Positions 18,550-28,037 of a stretch of 64,000 nt of DNA are shown here, piece after piece. The stretch's first letter is position 1. Every line of letters starts with the position of its first letter. The position numbers and the translations under genes were made by a program. Where the stretch lies: positions 192,001-256,000 of the forward strand of contig JBMFRB010000002.1 of the NCBI GenBank assembly GCA_049968255.1, given 5' to 3'. The notes under the pieces are model-generated. The model did no database searches and was not told the DNA's origin. It was given only the letters and a program-made list of their open reading frames with translations. The stretch comes from Candidatus Sumerlaeaceae bacterium. Lineage in GTDB: Bacteria; Sumerlaeota; Sumerlaeia; Sumerlaeales; Sumerlaeaceae.

Positions 18550-19287
18550 GTGCAGCCAGAAGAATACTCTCGGATGTTCAGCGTGGAAGATACGTTTTGG
18601 TGGTATCGAGGACTCCGTGCTCTTTTGAAGGAAACTCTCATAGATCTCTCCAAAAAAAAGAGCGAGCACCGATTGCAAGTTATCGATGCGGGGTGTGGGA
18701 CCGGCGCCAATATCAGCGAGTGCAGAATGCTCATCGAGGGCTTGGGAATCGATCTCGCGTGGGAAGCTCTGGTTTTGGCCCGCAAGCGTGGCCTCCAACA
18801 TCTCGTCCGTGGGCGCATACAGGAACTTCCCGTACGCGATGCCAGTTGCGATGTTCTCATGAGCATTGATGTGCTTTATCACCGCTGGATTGAGAATGAT
18901 CTTCAGGTTTTGCGGGAGTATTTTCGTGTGCTGGTGCCGGGCGGGTGGTTAATTATTCATGTTGCTGCTCATGAGTGGTTGCGGGGAAGCCATGACGAGG
19001 TGGTCATGACGCGACATCGTTACTCGCGATCCGAGCTGGTAGAAAAAGTTTCTGCAGCTGGGTTTCGTGTGAGGCGGGCAACTTATCGCAACACCCTTCT
19101 TCTCCCCTTGATGCTGCTGCGGCGCCTTATAACTGCGAACACCCCTGTGCCCGTATCGGATTTGCGGGTTCCTCCACGATGGCTCAATGAGACTCTTTAC
19201 TGGGTTTTATGGGTCGAAAATGCATTGCTTCGTGTCGCAGATTTTCCTACAGGGGGATCGCTCTTTGTCCTCGCACAGCGGCCGTAG
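18550..19287 (+). CDS. Class I SAM-dependent methyltransferase
   Basis: VIDAGCGTG motif I, SIDVLYH, RVLVPGG; N-terminal EDTFWWY. GTG start at 18550. Confidence 0.9.
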   Translation: MQPEEYSRMFSVEDTFWWYRGLRALLKETLIDLSKKKSEHRLQVIDAGCGTGANISECRMLIEGLGIDLAWEALVLARKRGLQHLVRGRIQELPVRDASCDVLMSIDVLYHRWIENDLQVLREYFRVLVPGGWLIIHVAAHEWLRGSHDEVVMTRHRYSRSELVEKVSAAGFRVRRATYRNTLLLPLMLLRRLITANTPVPVSDLRVPPRWLNETLYWVLWVENALLRVADFPTGGSLFVLAQRP

Positions 19288-19305
19288 GATGAGGAGCCAT
19301 CTTGC

Positions 19306-19884
19306 TTACGTTGAGGATCTATGTAGCCGGGCCAGCTGATGAAAGATGATGGCGGCGGCGGCTCGCACCGAGAGATGATTGTAGGATCCTACGCCGAGGA
19401 TTGGCTCGAGCACGTAGTCCACATCTAAGATGAGTTCGGGGTGCAGTCCCCAACCTGTTCCGAGGATCAGGCAGAGCGGGAGTTCCGGCTTTTGGTGCAT
19501 CTTCTGTGCCAAGGCTTCTAGGGGCAGGGTGTTTGGATAGCGCCGAGCGCTGGTAGCGATCCAAAGGGGCGGAGTGCCATGGGAGCGTTCTATGGCGTCG
19601 CTAACATGGCCGAGGTCTGGAACAATGCTCACGAGCGACAGTGCATCTTTGCGATTCGGATTGTAGGTTGCGCCCCAGCCCGTGTTCCAATGTTCGAGAA
19701 TACGGTGAGCAAGCCACCGTTGAGCCTTGACGGGGGTGACAACGAAGTAGTGGGCAAGTCCGAAAGTTTTGGCCGAGCGGGCTATATCGTGAATATCGAG
19801 ATTTGTAATGGCTGTCGCGACAGCGTGATCGTGTTTGTCGCGAATCGGGTAGTGCAGCAAGGCGGCGTAGAGCGGAGCAAACAT
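19306..19884 (-). CDS. SPOUT-class RNA methyltransferase (stand-alone form of the TrmD C-terminal extension family)
   Basis: ALLHYP, TNLDIHDIARS, YNPNRKDAL, LILGTGWGL and YNHLSVRAAAAI; SD GAGGAG upstream of ATG 19884. Confidence 0.88.
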   Translation of the reverse strand: MFAPLYAALLHYPIRDKHDHAVATAITNLDIHDIARSAKTFGLAHYFVVTPVKAQRWLAHRILEHWNTGWGATYNPNRKDALSLVSIVPDLGHVSDAIERSHGTPPLWIATSARRYPNTLPLEALAQKMHQKPELPLCLILGTGWGLHPELILDVDYVLEPILGVGSYNHLSVRAAAAIIFHQLARLHRSST

Positions 19885-20011
19885 AGTGATCTCCTCTTGA
19901 TGTCGTGCCATGTCGAGTGCAATAAGTTTTCGATATTACTCATTCGCTAAACATTACAACCCGAGCACAAAGAGGTAAGGAGTAAACACTTGCTCATGAG
20001 GCGGTTGAAGT

Positions 20012-20929
20012 ATGAAAAAAATTCTAAGCCCTCACAGTAGGCTTACAATTTTCTTGGGGGATATCGTTCGACATCTTCCCGCCAGATGGGTCGGGTCATT
20101 TAGCAAATGGGTTGGCCGTTTCATTTACTTTGTACGTCCCAAGCGCCGGCGAGAGGTTCAGAGGGCCTATGAAGTTCTTTGTCGAAAAGCCAACTTGGAG
20201 CGAGACCCGAAGCAGCTGACGCGCACCTTTTTTGAATGTCAGCTCATGCTGATGACCGGCGCATATTCGATGCGAGAGCAGCCCGAACAGCGGTTCTACG
20301 AGCTCTGTGAGACCCAAGGTCTTGACAATGTCCGGAAGTTAGCCTGTTTGGGCAAGGGGCTCCTCGTCGTGACTTTTCATTTTGGCACGCACCTGCTCAG
20401 CTTTGTCAAACTTGAGCAAGAAGGGTTTTCAGTAACCACCGTGCGTCCGCTCTGGATGAAGGATCTCGAAGGGAAAAAGCTCCGGCGGATGCTTTTCATC
20501 GACCGTGAAACAATTTACGCTGGAGAAGGGGATGGCCTGGCTAGCCCCGTGCGCTCCATCGTGCGGGCCTTGAAAGACGGAAAAATTGTGGGTTTTGCGC
20601 CGGATGGTGATCAAGGCGGTGCTATGACGGAAATGCCGCTGTTGGGTGGCCTTTATCCAATGCGCCGAGGACTTTTCGAAATTGTGCGCCTTGCCCGCTG
20701 CCCCGTGGTTTACGCACAAGGAATTGTCCGCAACCGAAAGTACTATATTTGGTATTCAACGCCAATGGAGCCCCCAACAGATGGCAATATCGAGAACTTT
20801 TTGGAAGAGCTTTGGCTTTTTTTGCAGAAGCGTTTTGAGCAGTTTATTCGTGACTATCCGGAGTCCGTTTGGTGGACCAAACCGATGGAGATTGCTCTGA
20901 ATTTAAGAAAAAGAGGGCAATCTTCGTAG
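20012..20929 (+). CDS. Lipid A lauroyl/lysophospholipid acyltransferase family protein (LpxL/HtrB-like)
   Basis: GLDNV...GKGLLVVTFHFG, RALKDGKIVGFAPD and FEQFIRDYPESVWW, matching the family's terminal motif. Confidence 0.8.
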   Translation: MKKILSPHSRLTIFLGDIVRHLPARWVGSFSKWVGRFIYFVRPKRRREVQRAYEVLCRKANLERDPKQLTRTFFECQLMLMTGAYSMREQPEQRFYELCETQGLDNVRKLACLGKGLLVVTFHFGTHLLSFVKLEQEGFSVTTVRPLWMKDLEGKKLRRMLFIDRETIYAGEGDGLASPVRSIVRALKDGKIVGFAPDGDQGGAMTEMPLLGGLYPMRRGLFEIVRLARCPVVYAQGIVRNRKYYIWYSTPMEPPTDGNIENFLEELWLFLQKRFEQFIRDYPESVWWTKPMEIALNLRKRGQSS

Positions 20930-21113
20930 CAGGGCCGTGGGGGCGCCCTGCAGTAACTCTTGACGGACTTTATCTGGTTGGTCAAAACGGCGGTGATTAG
21001 AAGTGTGCTTGGGGCTGCGGAAAGCCCAAGCCGTCAGAAAAGCGAGGTAGAATGAACCAGAAAGGCGCCCCCAACTCTGGGAAATTGGCAACGAGGAGCT
21101 AAGCTGGACCAAC

Positions 21114-22904
21114 ATGTTCAAACCTGAGAATCCTATTATTGTGCAAAGCGACATGACGGTGCTTCTTGAAACAACGGGGCCGTTGTTCGAGGATGGACGT
21201 GATTTTCTCGGACAGTTTGCTGAGCTAGAAAAAAGCCCGGAATACCTTCACACCTACAGAATCACGCCGCTTTCGTTGTGGAATGCCGCGGCCGCTGGGC
21301 TGAAGGCGGAAGCGATCGTTAGCCGCTTGGTGGGGCTGGCCAAGTATGCAGTGCCGCAGAATGTTCTCACAGAAATTCGCGAGCAGATGGCACGCTTCGG
21401 CAAGCTACGCCTGGTCAGAGATGACGCCACAGGAGAGCTACAACTGGTCTGCGATGACCGCGCTGCGCTTGAAGAAATCTGTGCTTCACCGCGGGTGAGC
21501 GAGTTTTTGATCGAGCGACGCGACGATCGAACACTGATCATCAATCCGGCTTACCGCGGCCGAGCAAAGCAGGTTCTCATCAAACTCGGCTATCCCGTCG
21601 CAGACCTGGCCGGATTCACAGAGGGGGATCCCCTCACTTTTGAGATTCGAGCAGTGACCCGCCTTGGGCTCCGGTTCAATCTTAGAGAATATCAGCGCGA
21701 TGCCGTTGAGACCTTCTGGGCAGGAGGTTCCCGGGCAGGTGGAGCTGGTGTGCTTGTTCTGCCCTGCGGGGCAGGCAAGACAATCATTGGAATTGGCTGC
21801 ATGGAGAAAGTTCAGCAACACACGTTGATTCTCACCACGAATATCACAGCGCTTCGACAGTGGATGCGAGAACTTCTCGACAAGACCACCTTGACGGAGG
21901 ATCAGGTTGCCGAGTATAGTGGGGACAAAAAGGATATTCGGCCTGTGACGGTGACTACTTACCAGATGATGACTTATAAGCCGAGCAAGTCCGACCACTT
22001 TCCCCACATGGACCTTATCAAGCAGCATAATTGGGGGCTGATCATTTACGATGAGGTTCACCTGCTTCCGGCTCCAGTTTTTCGTGCGACGGCAGAAATT
22101 CAAGCGCGCCGCCGGCTGGGATTGACCGCGACACTGGTGCGTGAGGACGGGCGCGAGGACGACGTCTTCTCGCTGATCGGCCCGAAGCGTTTCGACAAGC
22201 CGTGGAAGGAGCTCGAACAACAAGGATGGATCGCCAAGGCGCGTTGCATGGAAATTCGCGTTCCTATGCAGCCAGAAAAGCGTATCGAGTATGCGCGGGC
22301 CGAGCTTCGCTCCAAGTATCGTCTCGCTATGGAGAATCCCGACAAAATTCCCGTGCTTCTCAGGCTGCTCGATCTGCATCGCGATGATAACATCCTTATC
22401 ATTGGCCAATACCTTGATCAGTTGCAGGAGATCAGTAAGCTGACCGGCGCACCCATTATCACGGGTGAAACGCCGAATACCCAACGCGAGGAGCTTTATG
22501 CAGCGTTCAAGTCTGGGCAAATCAAGGTGCTCGTTGTCTCAAAGGTCGCGAACTTTGCGGTGGATTTGCCTGATGCCAACGTGGCGATCCAAGTGAGTGG
22601 TACATTCCGTTCACGTCAGGAAGAGGCCCAACGCGTTGGTCGCGTGCTGCGCCCAAAACCGGGCCAGAATTACGCGTACTTTTACTCGATTGTGACCAAG
22701 GACACGAAAGACCAGGAGTGTGCCAAGCAGCGGTCTTTGTTCCTGACCGAGCAAGGGTATCGCTATCGGATTAAGATCGTGGATCTCTCCAAATTGGATG
22801 GCGAGACTTTTGACTTCGATATGGCCGACGAACTCGTCGGCGTGGAAGTTGCTGCTGACACGCAAGTTGAGGATGAAGCCCTTCTGGAAGCCCAGGATTT
22901 GTGA
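21114..22904 (+). CDS. XPB/Ssl2/Rad25-family SF2 DNA helicase
   Basis: N-terminal PIIVQSDMTVLLE...FAELEKSPEYLHTYRITPLSLWNA (XPB N-terminal domain); VLPCGAGKT, DEVH, LGLTAT and QRVGRVLR. Confidence 0.96.
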   Translation: MFKPENPIIVQSDMTVLLETTGPLFEDGRDFLGQFAELEKSPEYLHTYRITPLSLWNAAAAGLKAEAIVSRLVGLAKYAVPQNVLTEIREQMARFGKLRLVRDDATGELQLVCDDRAALEEICASPRVSEFLIERRDDRTLIINPAYRGRAKQVLIKLGYPVADLAGFTEGDPLTFEIRAVTRLGLRFNLREYQRDAVETFWAGGSRAGGAGVLVLPCGAGKTIIGIGCMEKVQQHTLILTTNITALRQWMRELLDKTTLTEDQVAEYSGDKKDIRPVTVTTYQMMTYKPSKSDHFPHMDLIKQHNWGLIIYDEVHLLPAPVFRATAEIQARRRLGLTATLVREDGREDDVFSLIGPKRFDKPWKELEQQGWIAKARCMEIRVPMQPEKRIEYARAELRSKYRLAMENPDKIPVLLRLLDLHRDDNILIIGQYLDQLQEISKLTGAPIITGETPNTQREELYAAFKSGQIKVLVVSKVANFAVDLPDANVAIQVSGTFRSRQEEAQRVGRVLRPKPGQNYAYFYSIVTKDTKDQECAKQRSLFLTEQGYRYRIKIVDLSKLDGETFDFDMADELVGVEVAADTQVEDEALLEAQDL

Positions 22905-22907
22905 GCC

Positions 22908-25649
22908 ATGAAACTCCGAACGATTCTTCAAAAGCTACCGCTCGAGCAGCTCCTTCAGATCGCTGAATTCTGGCAATTTCAAATTCCAGAAAGTGTGCAG
23001 CCGCTCGGCGAAGGCGGTCAGGCGCGGTTGGTTGAGTACCTTTATCCGCGCATGCAGACGGCAAAATATTTTTTTCGGACAATGGAGCGCTTGGCTCCAC
23101 GCCAGCGGAATGCTTTGAAATTTCTTGCCGTGCATGGAGGTGAGCTTCCTGCCCGCGAAGTCATCGAGCGCTGTTTTGGAGGCGACATCGCAGGAGGGGA
23201 GAACGATCTCCGCGAGTTGGCCGCCAAAGGTTTTATTTATTTGGATGTTTCTGAGCCGGCGCATCCGTACGTCGTACTTCCGGAGAGCGTACGTTACATT
23301 TTCGAGCTTGGGACACAGCTCACAGGGTATTTGGGTGCGCTTCTCCAGCGAATGGCCTTCAACGATTTAGCGGCGCTTGCGGAAAAGGTCACGGGCGACA
23401 AGAGCTTCTGGAACATCCAGCGCGAGAAGGTGATCCGCCGTCTGCGAGAGTACTTGTTAAATCCGGAAAACCTTCGGCGCCACATTGAGTCCCTTCCTGT
23501 GGACGAGCGGTTGCTTTTCCATGCACTTGTGGAGCGGGATGGCTATGGCTTTTACGGTGACTTATTGGAGGTAGGTGGCCGTCGGCGCTTCGATCTCAGT
23601 CGCACCCAGCAACTCAACTCGTTGCTCACGAGAAGGGGAATCGTTTTTCAGGTGTCAGACGGTGCGAATAAGTACGCCAACCTCCTCATGGTCCCGCGCG
23701 ATGTTCTCTATATTGTGACGCATGATTATGCGCCAGACGTTCGGCCTTTAGAAGAGCTTGAGCGAATTGGTGGGGGCAAAGATGAATTCCGCCCCGCAAT
23801 GGTTGTGGACAACTCGCTAGTCGTATTTAGAGACCTGGTCGTTTTGGGGAGTTCCATTCATGCGCAAAATTTCAAAGTTCTTGCAACGGGCGGACTTAGC
23901 CGCGCTGAGCTGCGGCGGCTTGTGCCTCTCCTCGGCCCAAGCCGGAGTCTAAAATACGCCACCTTCCTTGCCGCTTTTCTCATCTGGGCAAAGTATCTGC
24001 GACCAGTGGGGGAGTACTGGCGTCTTTCAGATTCGTTTTCCGATACGCTTGCGAATCCTGGCCGCTTGTTTGCGGAGCTTTTCCATTGGTGGCTCGACGT
24101 AAATCATTGGAACGAAGCGCATCCTGATGGGCTGCTCTGGGAGGAAGAGGAGCCAACACGAGGTTTCGTCGCGCTTATTGAGATGCGGCGGGAAGTGGTG
24201 CAAGCAATCTTTGCCGCTAACACTGCCGGAGCTTGGATTCCGTATGCTTCTTTCGAGGAGATTGTTTTACCCAAAATGGTGGCCGTAGCCTTCCCCGACG
24301 GTAAGGCTGACGCGTCGATGCGCGGTCAATTGCGCCGCATTCTTTACTCAATCGTCACGGAGCCGTTGACGTGGCTTGGATTGCTGTCACTCGGCGCAGC
24401 GGCAAAGACTGTGTTTTCCCCCGACAGTCCGATAGACATCGACGCTTTATCGCAGAAGAAAAATTTAAAAAAAACCGGGGTTCCTGCTCTTAAGTTCTCA
24501 TTCCGTCCCACGGATTTGGCACGCGGCATGTTTGAGACTGGTGCGATTCAACCGTGCGAAGTGTTCCGCGACGTTGCGCCAAACACCTTTCCGCTCTCCT
24601 TCTCTGCGGAGTGGCTGATTGTGCAGCCCAACTGCGAGATTGTGGCGCCACCGGACTTGCGGCTATCGAACCTTTTGAGCCTTTGCGGGTTTTGTGAGGT
24701 CCGCAGCATTGACGTGATGACCTCGCTCGCCGTGACCCGCGAAAGTCTGCAGCGAGCCCTTGACCTGGGGGTTCGGGGACAAGATGTCCGCGATTTGCTG
24801 ACGCGTTTGAGCCGCTCAGGGCTGCCGGAGACCGTTGATCAATTGATCACCGACTGCCTAGAAAGGCACGGGGAAGCATTTCTTGGCAGCGCAGGCGGTT
24901 ACGTTGTGACTGAGGACGAAGGTGTCATTGAGCAAATCCGCTCGAACAAAGAGTTCGAAGACATTATCAAAGACGTGGTGGGGAAGAGCACACTGATCTT
25001 GGCACCGGGGGCAAATCTGGAGCGATTTGCCCGCCAGTTGCGTGGCCTAGGGCTTATGCCCCGAGTCGAGACAGGTACTGTCGAGACTACGCGCGACCAG
25101 CGGTTCCACCTCAACCTTTCGGCCGAGGAATACTATGAGCTTCTCGCTTTGCTACGTCTTGTCGAAATTATCGAAGAAGAGCTCGACGCCGAAATCGTGG
25201 ATGATCGGGGACGTTCGCTTATTGACCATATCGAGCCCGATAGCGCCGGTTTTGCACTTATCCATGAAGAGGCGCAAAAGGTAGCCCTCCGGTATTCACG
25301 AAAAGTGCGTTCAGCACTGCTGCGGATGCGGTCGGAAATTGAGGAGAAGTATAAGACGCAGGTATCGAGAATTGTAGCTAAAGCTCGTGGTCAACGAGGG
25401 GCAACGCGTTTTCAATTCCGCGGTGCCAATCCCGCTGTGGAGAGAAACGATATTGTTCAACTGCTGAAATTTGCCCTCGAACATGAACTCGAAACAGAGA
25501 TCCATTACGTGAAGCGCAATGAAGCGGAAACTACACTCCGCATTTACCCAAAGAGCTTTGAGGGCAACCGGCTTTACGCTTACTGTGTGGAATCCGATCG
25601 AGAGGCCATTTACTCGGTGGACCGCATCCTGAAAGCCGCTCTCATCTAA
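22908..25649 (+). CDS. XPB-associated protein: XPB/Ssl2 N-terminal-like (Helicase_C_3) domain plus C-terminal WYL-like domain
   Basis: LIVQPNCEIVAP...VTRESLQRALDLG...LPETVDQLI resembles Helicase_C_3; C-terminal EIHYVKRNEAETTLRIYP...LYAYC...AIYSVDRI resembles WYL. Starts 3 bp after the XPB stop. Confidence 0.8.
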   Translation: MKLRTILQKLPLEQLLQIAEFWQFQIPESVQPLGEGGQARLVEYLYPRMQTAKYFFRTMERLAPRQRNALKFLAVHGGELPAREVIERCFGGDIAGGENDLRELAAKGFIYLDVSEPAHPYVVLPESVRYIFELGTQLTGYLGALLQRMAFNDLAALAEKVTGDKSFWNIQREKVIRRLREYLLNPENLRRHIESLPVDERLLFHALVERDGYGFYGDLLEVGGRRRFDLSRTQQLNSLLTRRGIVFQVSDGANKYANLLMVPRDVLYIVTHDYAPDVRPLEELERIGGGKDEFRPAMVVDNSLVVFRDLVVLGSSIHAQNFKVLATGGLSRAELRRLVPLLGPSRSLKYATFLAAFLIWAKYLRPVGEYWRLSDSFSDTLANPGRLFAELFHWWLDVNHWNEAHPDGLLWEEEEPTRGFVALIEMRREVVQAIFAANTAGAWIPYASFEEIVLPKMVAVAFPDGKADASMRGQLRRILYSIVTEPLTWLGLLSLGAAAKTVFSPDSPIDIDALSQKKNLKKTGVPALKFSFRPTDLARGMFETGAIQPCEVFRDVAPNTFPLSFSAEWLIVQPNCEIVAPPDLRLSNLLSLCGFCEVRSIDVMTSLAVTRESLQRALDLGVRGQDVRDLLTRLSRSGLPETVDQLITDCLERHGEAFLGSAGGYVVTEDEGVIEQIRSNKEFEDIIKDVVGKSTLILAPGANLERFARQLRGLGLMPRVETGTVETTRDQRFHLNLSAEEYYELLALLRLVEIIEEELDAEIVDDRGRSLIDHIEPDSAGFALIHEEAQKVALRYSRKVRSALLRMRSEIEEKYKTQVSRIVAKARGQRGATRFQFRGANPAVERNDIVQLLKFALEHELETEIHYVKRNEAETTLRIYPKSFEGNRLYAYCVESDREAIYSVDRILKAALI

Positions 25650-25695
25650 CCCGAGAGCGAAACATTGAGGAAATCCAGAAAGAGGTCGCCTCAAG

Positions 25696-27168
25696 GTGCG
25701 CCTGGCATGGCAAGACATCGTGGATGTGGAGCTTTTACGCTGCTACGTCAATCCGGACGATAAGGTGCTTGCGGCAGTCTCGGGTGGGCCTGACTCAACG
25801 GCTTTGTTATTGGCGTGTGCAGAAGCGAGAACCCAATTACGTTTCTCCCTTGAATGCTGTTACGTCGACCATGGCGTTCGCCCCGGGGCAGCAGACCGTG
25901 AAGCTGGATTCGTCAGAGGACTTTGCGAGCGTTTCGGAATTCCTTTCCACCTGGGAAAGCTTCCGCCTCTGGAGCGGGCTCCGAACCTCGGAAGTTTTGA
26001 AGGCAAACTCCGACAGCTACGTTACGAGATGTTCCGTCACCTTGCCGCGGGAATCGGGGCAACTTGGATCGCATTGGGGCACACCGCTGATGACCTAGTT
26101 GAGACCTTTCTTATGCATTTACTCAGAGGAATGGCACTCGGTGGAGCGCATTTTGAGGCCGTGCAAAAGGTCCAGCAGTTGTCGATTTTACGGCCGCTCT
26201 GGAGAACCTGGCGCGCCGACATTTATGAATTCCTGCAGCAAAGGACAATTGTTCCGCTGAGCGACGAAACGAACCGAGAACTTCGTATGACGCGCAATAA
26301 GGTTCGCCACCTGCTGCTTCCCCTGCTCGAACAAGAATTCAATCGAAACATTCGGCGTTCACTGTTTGCCACCGCGCTGGCCCTGACAGAAGCTAGAGAA
26401 GTTCTAAGTCATTATGCCAGCGAAGTAAAGAAGGCGGCACAGGACGCCGCCAGGTTGTTGCCTGGTGCATTTAGCATTCGTGTGCTTCTGGGTCATCCAC
26501 GGCTAATTCGCCAGGAGGCTTTAGCACTTTGGTTAGAGGACCTTTTTGGCCAAAGAGTCCTCCGAGCTGTCTCAGACTACAGGTCGGCCGAGGCCCTTCT
26601 CGATCAGCCATCCGGAAACCTAGTGATCTTGCGCGACGCAGTTGCCATCGTGCGCGTAGACGACGAGCTTGTGGCATGTCAGCTGCCAATGCAAGAAGTT
26701 GGTGGGAGGAAAGTTTTGCGTGAGGTTGTTGCTGCCACACTTGCTAAGTCTTATGCAGAAAAACATCCCGAGTTACCGTGTGCTCGCATTGATGAGCCTA
26801 TTCTTCTGAAACTTCTCGGCGAGGACAAGAAGTCTGTGTGGATCTCTTCACCATTTCCGACGCTCGCTGGCCGCATTGTGAGCGTGCTTGTCAAAGCGCC
26901 CAAGGAGATGGGAGATGAGCTTGGGCCACTCAAACTCCGCAATCGCCAACCTGGGGACCGGCCAAACGAAACATCCAGTTTGAAAGAGATCCTCATTCAG
27001 GAACACGTGCCCTTTTTTCTTCGGGATTATCTTGTCGTTGTTGCGGACAAACGCAATCGCCCCGTGGCCGTGGTGGGCCTTCCGCGAATTAGTCAAAAGT
27101 TAATACGCTTAGCAAAGTTGCCGGTCGAACTCTCTTTAAACGTGCTAACCGCTCCGGGTGGCGAATGA
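25696..27168 (+). CDS. tilS: tRNA(Ile)-lysidine synthase
   Basis: AVSGGPDS PP-loop, VDHGVR, RY, GHTADDLVET, RPL and RNKVRH. Confidence 0.93.
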   Translation: MRLAWQDIVDVELLRCYVNPDDKVLAAVSGGPDSTALLLACAEARTQLRFSLECCYVDHGVRPGAADREAGFVRGLCERFGIPFHLGKLPPLERAPNLGSFEGKLRQLRYEMFRHLAAGIGATWIALGHTADDLVETFLMHLLRGMALGGAHFEAVQKVQQLSILRPLWRTWRADIYEFLQQRTIVPLSDETNRELRMTRNKVRHLLLPLLEQEFNRNIRRSLFATALALTEAREVLSHYASEVKKAAQDAARLLPGAFSIRVLLGHPRLIRQEALALWLEDLFGQRVLRAVSDYRSAEALLDQPSGNLVILRDAVAIVRVDDELVACQLPMQEVGGRKVLREVVAATLAKSYAEKHPELPCARIDEPILLKLLGEDKKSVWISSPFPTLAGRIVSVLVKAPKEMGDELGPLKLRNRQPGDRPNETSSLKEILIQEHVPFFLRDYLVVVADKRNRPVAVVGLPRISQKLIRLAKLPVELSLNVLTAPGGE

Positions 27169-27207
27169 AAGTCGTAGGTATCGGCTAGTGCAGGTCAAGT
27201 GGTGACA

Positions 27208-27681
27208 ATGGCAGAGAAAGACAACATCAAGGTTGTTGCGACGAATCGCCGAGCACATCACGATTACCATATCTTTGATACGGTTGAGGCAGGTCTTGTG
27301 CTCACCGGCACGGAAGTCAAAAGTCTGCGCGCCGGAAAAGCCAGTCTGGCCGATTCCTATGTGGGCTTCGAACGGGGTGAGGCTTACGTTTATAACATGT
27401 TTATTAATCCATACGAAAAAGGGAATCGGTACAATCATGCGGAAAAGCGCCCACGAAAGCTTCTTCTCCATCGTGCAGAAATAGACAGGCTGCAAGGCCA
27501 AGTGGCACAGAAAGGCTTCACGATCGTTCCGCTAAAGCTTTACTTTCGTGGCAGCCATGCAAAGTTAGAAATCGCGCTGGCTAAAGGGAAAAAATCCTAT
27601 GACAAGCGGCATGATCTAAAGGAACGCGAGACGCAGCGCGAGCTTGATCGGGTGGTCAAAGCGAAGCGTGCGAGTGTGTAG
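27208..27681 (+). CDS. smpB: SsrA-binding protein
   Basis: NRRAHHDY, EAGLVLTGTEVKSLR, RKLLLH and GKKSYDKR. Confidence 0.97.
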   Translation: MAEKDNIKVVATNRRAHHDYHIFDTVEAGLVLTGTEVKSLRAGKASLADSYVGFERGEAYVYNMFINPYEKGNRYNHAEKRPRKLLLHRAEIDRLQGQVAQKGFTIVPLKLYFRGSHAKLEIALAKGKKSYDKRHDLKERETQRELDRVVKAKRASV

Positions 27682-27759
27682 GGTGGACGCAATTTCTGTT
27701 GTTTCACGAGCGGTTTTGGCATAACCTGACTTACAGAATGGTCGAAACGGAGCGACACA

Positions 27760-27966
27760 ATGGCACACAAGAGCCCGCGTGACAGACTGAAAATGATGAC
27801 ACAGCAGGAGTTGGAAGAAGGGCTTTTTGAGATCGCGTTGGAGAGGCTCCTTGCTGAGGCTGCACAAGAGGCTGGAATCCCCGAGTTGGATGGCATTCAC
27901 GTGCCCGATCGTTCTCATGGCGAAGGCCGTCTCATTTACGATAAGTTCGATTCGCGCCCACGCTGA
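27760..27966 (+). CDS. Small hypothetical protein (68 aa)
   Basis: SD GGAG upstream of the ATG; fills the smpB-to-ligase gap in the same orientation. Confidence 0.6.
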   Translation: MAHKSPRDRLKMMTQQELEEGLFEIALERLLAEAAQEAGIPELDGIHVPDRSHGEGRLIYDKFDSRPR

Positions 27967-28037
27967 CTACCAGATGAAGGGGGAGTGGCGTTAGGCATAG
28001 TGCTTTTGCTTGTGTTTGGACCTGGAGAGGTGCTCGC

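Noticed and set aside
21486-22520. 344-aa minus-strand ORF
   Set aside because: Entirely antisense to the XPB helicase, with no motifs of its own.
27682-28037. Possible tmRNA next to smpB
   Set aside because: No tRNA-Ala-like ends (GGGG...TCCACCA) and not enough space.
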